From Acidimicrobiia bacterium (GTDB lineage Bacteria > Actinomycetota > Acidimicrobiia > Spongiisociales > ZC4RG35), in contig JBBKXI010000024.1 in NCBI GenBank assembly GCA_037969415.1, forward strand, positions 1 through 42,643: DNA of 42,643 nt, written 5' to 3'. The position numbers were made by a program, and so were the translations under genes. Below, piece after piece: positions 19,022 to 25,819 of this stretch. Position 1 is the stretch's first letter. Every line of letters begins with the position of its first letter. The notes under the pieces were generated by a model. It was given only the letters and a program-made list of their open reading frames with translations, did no database searches and had not been told where the DNA came from.

Positions 19022-20625
19022 AGCAACAAGTCGGCGTTCTCTTTGCGGAGCACTTTCTTGTCGAACTTGCCGGTTCCGGTCTTGGGCAGCTCAGCAATGA
19101 ACACGTAACGATCGGGTAGCCACCACTTTGCCACCCGGTCCGTGAGGAAAGCCTCCAGATCGGCCTCCGTGACCTCGGCCGAGGGTGCCTTGACCACAAA
19201 AGCGACCGGTCGTTCCTGCCACTTTTCATGATGTAGACCAACCACTGCGGCCTCGGAAACGTCGGGATGGGCCATGATCTCATTCTCAAGGTCGATCGAG
19301 GAGATCCACTCCCCGCCCGATTTGATCAGATCTTTCGCTCGATCCGTGATTCGGATGTAACCCTCGGGTGTGATCTTGCAGACATCTCCGGTCCGGAGCC
19401 ACCCGTCCACAAACTGTTTCGCAGACGCCTCTTCGTCCTTGTAGTACTCAGCGGCGATCCATGGGCCCCTGATCAGCAGTTCACCAAATGCGACGCCATC
19501 GTGGGGCAACTCCTCATCGATTTCGTCGACGATCTTGACCTGGAGACCGGGAATGGTGAGACCGGCCGTTTCCATGAAGTTGAGCTGTCGTTCCAGGTCC
19601 CATTCTTCCATCTCCGGCTTCATGACCGCAGCTGATGCAACGGGGTTGGTCTCGGTCATCCCCCAACCCTGGACCACCGTGATCCCTGCCTCCGTTCGGA
19701 ACCATTCGATCATGGAACGGGGCACGGCCGAGCCACCACATAGGAAAGCTCTGATGGATGACAATGTCGTCTCAGGATGCGCTTGCAAATACTGCTTGAT
19801 ACCCAACCAAACTGTCGGGACCCCGGCAGAAAAAGTGACTTTTTCGCTCTCCAGAAGCGGTACCAATAAATCAGGTGCCAGACCGGGCCCGGGATAAGTG
19901 AGTTTGGCACCCTGGGTCACCGCCATAAAGGGATAACCCCAGGCTGCAGCGTGGAACATCGGCACCACCGGGAGCACGTTGTCAGTGGGGAGAATTGCGA
20001 AGTTGGCCAGGTTGGAGATGGTATGGAGGTAGGTCGACCGCTGAGTGTAGGCCACCCCTTTGGGGTGACCGGTGGTGCCCGAGGTGTAGCAAAACATCAT
20101 CGGCGATCGCTCGTCGAGGACAGGCCAGGCGCCGTGCGCCTCCTCATCTGCGATCAGGTCTTCGTAGGCAATCGACCCGGGGATCCGGTCGTCAGCCTTG
20201 TCCCCCATCACAACAAAGTGCTGAACTGTCTCCAGCTGGTCGACGATCGGCGCCAGCAAACCGACAAGGTCGGGATCCACGAATATCGCCCGGTCCTCGG
20301 CATGGTTGATGATGTATACCAACTGCTCGGGATGGAGTCGTATGTTCAAAGTGTGACAGACCCGTCCGGTGTTGGCGGTGGCCCAGTAGAGCTCGTGGTG
20401 GCGACGGTTGTTCCATGCGAACGTCCCTATGGGTTCGCCCGCTTCGATCCCCATCCGGCCGAAGGCCGAGGCAAGGCGGCGAATCCGCTCGTCGGTTTCG
20501 CTGTAAGTCGACCTGGCGATGCTGAGATCGTGTTCAACGGAGACAATCTCTTGATCGGGAAAGAGCCAAACCGCCCTGTCGTACAGGGTGGAAAGGAGCA
20601 GGGGGAAGTCCTGCATATGGGGCAT
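19018..20625 (-). CDS. Fatty-acid--CoA ligase (AlkK/DmdB-like AMP-binding enzyme)
   Basis: [60 protein letters not shown]. Confidence 0.93.
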   Translation of the reverse strand: MPHMQDFPLLLSTLYDRAVWLFPDQEIVSVEHDLSIARSTYSETDERIRRLASAFGRMGIEAGEPIGTFAWNNRRHHELYWATANTGRVCHTLNIRLHPEQLVYIINHAEDRAIFVDPDLVGLLAPIVDQLETVQHFVVMGDKADDRIPGSIAYEDLIADEEAHGAWPVLDERSPMMFCYTSGTTGHPKGVAYTQRSTYLHTISNLANFAILPTDNVLPVVPMFHAAAWGYPFMAVTQGAKLTYPGPGLAPDLLVPLLESEKVTFSAGVPTVWLGIKQYLQAHPETTLSSIRAFLCGGSAVPRSMIEWFRTEAGITVVQGWGMTETNPVASAAVMKPEMEEWDLERQLNFMETAGLTIPGLQVKIVDEIDEELPHDGVAFGELLIRGPWIAAEYYKDEEASAKQFVDGWLRTGDVCKITPEGYIRITDRAKDLIKSGGEWISSIDLENEIMAHPDVSEAAVVGLHHEKWQERPVAFVVKAPSAEVTEADLEAFLTDRVAKWWLPDRYVFIAELPKTGTGKFDKKVLRKENADLLL

Positions 20626-21239
20626 CAGGCGTCACCGAGCAGTTTTGACTTTTGAGCGGCGAACTCCTCGTCGCTCAGCTTGCCCTCGTCGTGTAGTCGT
20701 GAGAGCGTATCGAGCTGGTCAGAAACCGTCTTCGTTCCTCCCGCTCCACCAGACATCCCGGCGACATTCTGCTGGGTCATCCGTTTCTCCCGTTCAGCGT
20801 ATATCAACGACTGCACCCCTTCGGGGTTAGGGATGTCCTGGTACCGGCTCTGCCCGTGCGTGCCCGCCGACTCGATCATGAGGTCGCCCGTACCGAAGAT
20901 GCGTTCGAAGAAACTCTGATTGAAAGATACGTCATTAATCACCTCGTGTGGGATTTCTTTGCCGTGCTTCGAAACCAGCCCGGCGCGATAAATCACCCGT
21001 TCATTGGTTATCACGTGATTGGTCGTAAACCAACGGGTAAGGCCTCGAATCGTCAGCAGAAGTCCGAGAACACCCAAAGCCAACGCAATCCAGCCGGACC
21101 ACCCACTGGCGAATATCAGTCCTATCAATACTGCGATGAGCACCAGCAGCGCCCCTTCGCGGAGAATCCCCGACCAGTGCGGTCTGAACTCTGAGACGAT
21201 TACCTCATCGGAGCTGAGCAGTTTCTTTGGATATGCCAT
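20625..21239 (-). CDS. Membrane protein with bacterial PH domain and C-terminal SHOCT domain
   Basis: RPHW, two TMs, ITNERVI..G...ERIFGTGDL; C-terminal LSRLHDEGKLSDEEFAAQKSKLL; ATG 21239 preceded by TACTCT at 7 nt. Confidence 0.88.
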   Translation of the reverse strand: MAYPKKLLSSDEVIVSEFRPHWSGILREGALLVLIAVLIGLIFASGWSGWIALALGVLGLLLTIRGLTRWFTTNHVITNERVIYRAGLVSKHGKEIPHEVINDVSFNQSFFERIFGTGDLMIESAGTHGQSRYQDIPNPEGVQSLIYAEREKRMTQQNVAGMSGGAGGTKTVSDQLDTLSRLHDEGKLSDEEFAAQKSKLLGDA

Positions 21240-21287
21240 AGCTCCAAGAGTACCTACCATTTCTCATCCTCACCGAAAGAACTCCAA

Positions 21288-22535
21288 ATGACATCTCTGG
21301 ACCTAAGAAATTCGGCAAATCGCCGCGACAGGCTCACCAAACTCCGTCTCGAACGTCTTGTCCCTCGACTTATGAAGGATGCAAAGATCGATTGTTGGAT
21401 CCTGGTGTCTCGGGAATATGCAGAAGACCCGGTGGCCCAGTCGATGCTGCCAGCAACATGGATGTCGTCGAGGCGGCGGACAATCCTCTTGTTTCTGTCG
21501 GGCGAAGCAGAATTCGAGCGATCGGCCATAACTCGCTACGAAGTCGACGGGCTCTTTCCAGCTGGTTGGGACCCCGAATTGCAGCCCGACCAGTGGGATG
21601 CCGTGAGAGAGCGGGTCGTCGCGGCCAATCCAGCAACGATCGCCATCAGCACGTCAGAGTCGTTTGCCCATGCCGACGGGCTGACTCAAACCGAGTTCGG
21701 CCAGCTTGTCGCCGCTCTCGGATCGGGACTCGGCGACCGGATCGTCTCCGGGGAGGCTCTCGCCGTTGGATGGCTCCAGACCCGGATCCCGGAGGAAAAA
21801 CCTGTGTTCGAGGAGGCATGTCGCCGCGCCCATCAGATTCTGCGACGGGCGTTGTCACCAGAGGCGATTAAACCTGGTGAGACAACCACCAGGGACCTTG
21901 AGTGGTGGCTCCGTGACGAGGTCCAAGTGTTGGGATGTCCGGTGTGGTTCCATCCGTCGGTTTCGATTCAGCGTCGTGGAGCGGACCTCAGGGGTTCATT
22001 CGCTTCGGTCACCCGCGATGTTGCAATTGATCGAGGTGATCTGGTCCATATCGATTTCGGAATCGTCTGGGACCATCTCTGCACTGACCAACAACAACAG
22101 GGATACGTCTTACTCCCCGGAGAGACCGACATCGCGGACGGCCTCGATCGGGCAATGCAGATGGCGAACCAGGTTCAGGACATCCTCACGAGCAACTTCA
22201 GATCGGGGTCGAGCGGCAACGAAGTCCTCGCCGTCGCCCGCCAGCAAGCCAGTGCGGCCGGTCTCAATCCCACGATATACACCCACCCCATCGGGTACCA
22301 CGGCCACGGGGCCGGAGCCACCATTGGCCTGTGGGACCAACAGGACGGCGTTCCCGGATCCGGAGATGTCGCGCTCTTCGAACCGTCGGCATGGTCGATC
22401 GAATTGATGAACCGAACGGTTGTTCCAGAATGGGACAACCAGGAAATCGGCATCATGCTCGAAGAGGACGCCTGGTTTGAGGGCGAGATTGTGGAGTTCG
22501 TCGACGGAAGGCAGACCGAAATCTGGACGATCTAG
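21288..22535 (+). CDS. M24 family (Xaa-Pro aminopeptidase-like) metallopeptidase
   Basis: Metal ligand motifs HIDFG, TDQQ, YTHPIGYHGH, WSIE, MLEED. Confidence 0.88.
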   Translation: MTSLDLRNSANRRDRLTKLRLERLVPRLMKDAKIDCWILVSREYAEDPVAQSMLPATWMSSRRRTILLFLSGEAEFERSAITRYEVDGLFPAGWDPELQPDQWDAVRERVVAANPATIAISTSESFAHADGLTQTEFGQLVAALGSGLGDRIVSGEALAVGWLQTRIPEEKPVFEEACRRAHQILRRALSPEAIKPGETTTRDLEWWLRDEVQVLGCPVWFHPSVSIQRRGADLRGSFASVTRDVAIDRGDLVHIDFGIVWDHLCTDQQQQGYVLLPGETDIADGLDRAMQMANQVQDILTSNFRSGSSGNEVLAVARQQASAAGLNPTIYTHPIGYHGHGAGATIGLWDQQDGVPGSGDVALFEPSAWSIELMNRTVVPEWDNQEIGIMLEEDAWFEGEIVEFVDGRQTEIWTI

Positions 22536-22545
22536 ACCGTCTCAC

Positions 22546-22598
22546 CCGTTCTGTGAACGGTTTTGGTCTGCACAGCACAATTTTCCTTCACAGAACGG
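22546..22598. repeat. 12-bp perfect inverted repeat (REP-like element or convergent terminator)
   Basis: CCGTTCTGTGAA (22546-22557) ... TTCACAGAACGG (22587-22598) just after the peptidase stop. Confidence 0.6.
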
Positions 22599-22603
22599 TT
22601 TGG

Positions 22604-23043
22604 GAAAAAGGTCCAGACGCGAGAAGGTCCCGAGGGAGCTTTGACCGAAGTCTCTACCCTCTCGGGACTCTCGTCCGTTCGGTGCTAGGCCGGGGACCCA
22701 ACTCCGATCGGTAACTGTCGACCGAGGTCGGCAGCCCGTGCGATCCGAAGACCACACTGTCTGTGCGACCCGAAAGCCACACTCTCGATCCGAAGACCGA
22801 GGAGTCGATGAACCCGAAAGTTCACCTGTTGGAAGATCCGAAGATCTTCCGGTAAATCCGAAGACTCACCTTGGTCTCAGTTCCGTTCGACGATCCCGAA
22901 GGATCCCCGCCCGGGTAACTGGTCCCGGCCCTGAGCGTCCGGTTTCCCTTCTGCTCCGGGTAGCCGTCCCTGCGATTCAACGGTCCGGCTTTCGCCTTTC
23001 CGATCCTCGCTGGTCCGGTGCCTCCGGGTTTCCCCATCGGCGT
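22604..23043 (-). ncRNA. Predicted large structured ncRNA 'A' (~440 nt) with UUCG hairpin array
   Basis: 8 UUCG, 1 CUCG and 3 GAAA tetraloop hairpins on minus strand; many G-U wobbles that favour minus strand; long-range stem 22688-22698 with 22921-22930; own promoter; ends in CUUUUUC; no credible ORF. Confidence 0.8.
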
Positions 23044-23050
23044 GACCGGA

Positions 23051-23079
23051 AAAGTAGACCGCGACCCGAGGTTAGGCAA
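23051..23079 (-). promoter_or_regulatory. Primary-sigma promoter of RNA A
   Basis: TTGCCT (23079-23074), 17 nt, TACTTT (23056-23051); predicted TSS about 23043. Confidence 0.7.
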
Positions 23080-23086
23080 ATCGGGA

Positions 23087-23129
23087 CCGTGATTGATTTT
23101 CGCGAACCCTTTTTTGGTTTTCGCGAACC
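23087..23129. promoter_or_regulatory. Upstream motif CCGTGATTNNTTTTCGCGA plus TTTTCGCGAACC direct repeat
   Basis: Same motif at identical offset upstream of promoter B; 12-mer repeated at 23097 and 23118 (21-bp period). Confidence 0.55.
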
Positions 23130-23153
23130 TCAAATTTTCACCGCGTGGCGTCT

Positions 23154-23343
23154 GAAAAAGGTGCCAGAACGCGAGAAACCCCGAAGGAGCTACGACCGAA
23201 GTCGCCGCCCTCTCGGGGTTCTCTGACCACCTCACCAGGAAAGCGGGCCCCTGGATGGGGTGGTCTCGAAGAGACCGAAGTCCCTCCTATCCAGAACAAC
23301 CGAAGTTCTTCTTTCCCCGATATGGAGTCTCCCCCATTTCGGT
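23154..23343 (-). ncRNA. Predicted structured ncRNA 'B' (~190 nt), partial paralogue of RNA A
   Basis: Five consecutive hairpins (GAGA loop, three UUCG loops, one long imperfect stem); last ~70 nt homologous to 3' end of RNA A; own promoter. Confidence 0.75.
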
Positions 23344-23349
23344 AACGGG

Positions 23350-23378
23350 AAGGTAAATGAAGCACCGTCTTCCGTCAA
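23350..23378 (-). promoter_or_regulatory. Primary-sigma promoter of RNA B
   Basis: TTGACG (23378-23373), 17 nt, TACCTT (23355-23350); predicted TSS A at 23343. Confidence 0.75.
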
Positions 23379-23464
23379 CAAGAACCCGTGATTACTTTTC
23401 GCGACCTCTAGGTTTTCGTCCGCCCTCCACGAATCTGTCCCAGGCCGTCCTTATTATCAGAGAA

Positions 23465-24298
23465 ATGGTCCCGGTAAGAATTGAAACAACGACCGAAACA
23501 AACCAACCCACCACCGGGTTGACAACACTCTCGCCCAGCCGCGCCGGTGACTTCAAAACCTGTCCCCAGCTATTCAAGTTTCGGGCCATAGACAAGCGTC
23601 CCGAACCGACCACCGTCTACCAGGCACGAGGCACCACCGCCCATCTTGCCCTGGAACGCTTCTACGATCTCCCGGCTCCCGAACGCGATCCGGACACTCT
23701 TTTCGACCTCTTCCGTCAGGCCTGGACCGAGCTCCGCAGCGAAGATGAATACAAGGAACTGTTCGAGACCGCAGAGGCCGAGTCGGCCTGGGGTGTCGAA
23801 TCGATGAAACTCCTGGCCAACTACTTTTCTATTGAGGATCCGCGGCAAGTGGAGCCTTTTGACCGCGAAATGGATATGACCGAAGATCTCGACGGGATCG
23901 TTATCCGTGGAATCCTCGACCGAATCGACCGTGATGACGATGGGAGGCTGGTGATCACAGATTACAAGACGGGCAAGGCCCCACCCGAACGCTATGCATT
24001 GCCTGCCTTTTTCGCCCTCAAGATCTACGCTTTGTTGATCCGTAATCGGACCGGGGAGACACCCAAAGAAGTGAGGCTTCTCTACCTCAACGGGCCTACC
24101 CTCTATCGTCTCCCCGTCGACGACAAGCAACTCGACGCCATCGACAGCCAACTCCGGGCGTTGTGGGCGGCTATCGAAAGAGCCATGTCCTCGGACAACT
24201 ATCCGCCGCGACCGGGGCGGTTGTGCGACTGGTGTTCGTTCCAGGACATCTGTCCCGCATTCGCCAACAGCGAGTTACTCCTGGCCGATTCGGCTTAG
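23465..24298 (+). CDS. Stand-alone RecB-family PD-(D/E)XK nuclease (Cas4/AddB-like, 4-Cys)
   Basis: LSPS..FKTCP, RGTTAH, RGILDRID, ITDYKTG, CDWC-x5-C; ATG 23465 is 7 nt after TATTAT. Confidence 0.9.
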   Translation: MVPVRIETTTETNQPTTGLTTLSPSRAGDFKTCPQLFKFRAIDKRPEPTTVYQARGTTAHLALERFYDLPAPERDPDTLFDLFRQAWTELRSEDEYKELFETAEAESAWGVESMKLLANYFSIEDPRQVEPFDREMDMTEDLDGIVIRGILDRIDRDDDGRLVITDYKTGKAPPERYALPAFFALKIYALLIRNRTGETPKEVRLLYLNGPTLYRLPVDDKQLDAIDSQLRALWAAIERAMSSDNYPPRPGRLCDWCSFQDICPAFANSELLLADSA

Positions 24299-25575
24299 GG
24301 AAATACCCCGCGCACCAGTTTGGCGTCGGCGACCCGGCGGATTCCCTTGATCAGAGCCGCGGTCCGCATATCGACGGACTCAGTTGTCGCAATAGTGTGG
24401 ACTTCGTCAAAGGCACGCACCATTATCTCTCGAAGTCGACCGACCGTCTCGTTTTCGGTCCAGAAATACTTCTGCACGTCCTGGACCCACTCGAAGTATG
24501 AAACGGTGACACCACCGGCATTGGCCAGGATATCGGGAACGATGAAGACACCGTTTTCCCTCAAGATGGAGTCCGCTTCCAGCGTTGTGGGGTTGTTGGC
24601 ACCCTCGATGACGATCTTCGCCTGAACGTTGCCCGCATTCTTACCGGTGAGGACACCCTGGATCGCAGCAGGAACTAAAACATCTACTGGAAGTTCAAAT
24701 ACGTCGGCGTCTTCGATGAAATCAGCGTCGGGGAATCCCTCCAGAAATCTGTTCTCGTCAACCCACTTCTCGGCTGCGGAGATATTGATTCCGTCCGGGT
24801 TGTAAATCCCACCGGAGATGTCGGAGACCGCAACCACTTTTGCGCCCATCTGATCGGCGGCCACTGAGGCGAAACGGCCGACATTTCCAAACCCGTGGAT
24901 GGCGACCGAAACACCGTTTGGGTCGATACCACGCTCCGCTGCTGCCTGCGGGAGTAGAAACATCAGGCCACGGCCGGTCGCTTCACGACGGGCCACGCTC
25001 CCACCAAGCGCCGGAGGCTTTCCAGTGACAACGGCCGGAACGGAATGCCCGACGTGTTGCGAATAGGTATCCATTATCCATGCCATCACTTGCTCGTTGG
25101 TACCCAGGTCGGGTGCGGGAATATCGGTCTCGGGCCCGATGACATTGATGATCTCCATGGTGAAACGACGGGTTACCCGCTGAAGCTCCGCACGGGACAG
25201 CTCCATCGGGTTGATCCGGACCCCCCCTTTAGCACCTCCGAATGGGACTCCGACTATGGAACATTTCCAGGTCATCCACATCGCAAGGGCGGCAACCTCA
25301 CCCAAATCGACGTCCGGCGCGAAACGGATTCCGCCTTTGGTCGGACCCATAGTCGTCAGATGTTGCACCCGATATCCGAAGATGGTCTCCACATCGGTGT
25401 AAGTGTCATGCCGGAACGGAAACGCGACGATCGTCGATTTCTGGGGAACTTTGAGTCGGTCGGCGATGTTCTCATCCAACCCCATCAGATTGGCGACATT
25501 GGTGAACTGATTGACCGCCTCGTTGTACATCGGCGAGTCAAATTCGTGCGTGCTGGGCATTGCCCTGGCCTCCAT
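24295..25575 (-). CDS. gdhA: Glutamate dehydrogenase (Glu/Leu/Phe/Val dehydrogenase family)
   Basis: GPTKGGIRF, GGAKGG, DIPAPD, VTGKP, GFGNVG, EGAN, NAGGVTVSYFEW; likely ATG 25575 after AAGGA. Confidence 0.93.
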   Translation of the reverse strand: MEARAMPSTHEFDSPMYNEAVNQFTNVANLMGLDENIADRLKVPQKSTIVAFPFRHDTYTDVETIFGYRVQHLTTMGPTKGGIRFAPDVDLGEVAALAMWMTWKCSIVGVPFGGAKGGVRINPMELSRAELQRVTRRFTMEIINVIGPETDIPAPDLGTNEQVMAWIMDTYSQHVGHSVPAVVTGKPPALGGSVARREATGRGLMFLLPQAAAERGIDPNGVSVAIHGFGNVGRFASVAADQMGAKVVAVSDISGGIYNPDGINISAAEKWVDENRFLEGFPDADFIEDADVFELPVDVLVPAAIQGVLTGKNAGNVQAKIVIEGANNPTTLEADSILRENGVFIVPDILANAGGVTVSYFEWVQDVQKYFWTENETVGRLREIMVRAFDEVHTIATTESVDMRTAALIKGIRRVADAKLVRGVFP

Positions 25576-25688
25576 AAATGTGTCCTTGCCTCGCCCCTCG
25601 GAGGAAAAGCGCGGCGCTACCACTGAATCTAACCCATCTTGGCCCCCGCGCGGTCTTTCTGTCACACCGGGGACGTAGGGTTTGGGTT

Positions 25689-25802
25689 ATGAAAGAAATG
25701 ACAAGCGAATCCGTATTCTCCGACCCGGTTGCCTATCTGGCGAGCCTGGGAATCTCAGCGGAGTTGGTCGAGATCGAAACTCCGCTCCCAGTCGCTGCTT
25801 GA
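25689..25802 (+). CDS. Putative 37-aa small protein
   Basis: MKEMTSESVFSDPVAYLASLGISAELVEIETPLPVAA; TAGGGT -10 box 7 nt before ATG; fills the gap before adnA. Confidence 0.55.
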   Translation: MKEMTSESVFSDPVAYLASLGISAELVEIETPLPVAA

Positions 25803-25819
25803 TATCTACGATCGTTTCG

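Noticed and set aside
22715-22870. CRISPR array (palindromic repeats near a Cas4-like gene)
   Set aside because: Units are 18-20 nt, not identical, and separated by 0-5 nt, so there are no spacers; no cas1/cas2 or effector genes in the window
22604-23343. RNase P RNA, tmRNA, SRP RNA, tRNA or c-di-GMP-I riboswitch identity for the structured region
   Set aside because: No GAGGAAAGUCC core, no tRNA-like CCA end or T-loop, no SRP helix-8 motif seen; GGUCACGC/GAAA similarity to c-di-GMP-I lacks the rest of the consensus and there is no downstream CDS on that strand. Ms1 homology cannot be excluded without a covariance search
22542-23365. ORFs 22542-22757, 22738-23226, 22822-23235, 23138-23365 and 23145-23345
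   Set aside because: Arg/Pro/Ser-rich or featureless translations without domains or start signals; better explained as by-products of GC-rich hairpins
25682-25819. Supplied long N-terminal extension of adnA (similar extensions on adnB, aceE, aminotransferase, Rieske, tetR, nuclease, dtd)
   Set aside because: Extensions overlap neighbouring genes or promoters; downstream starts have SD or -10 signals and coincide with domain boundaries
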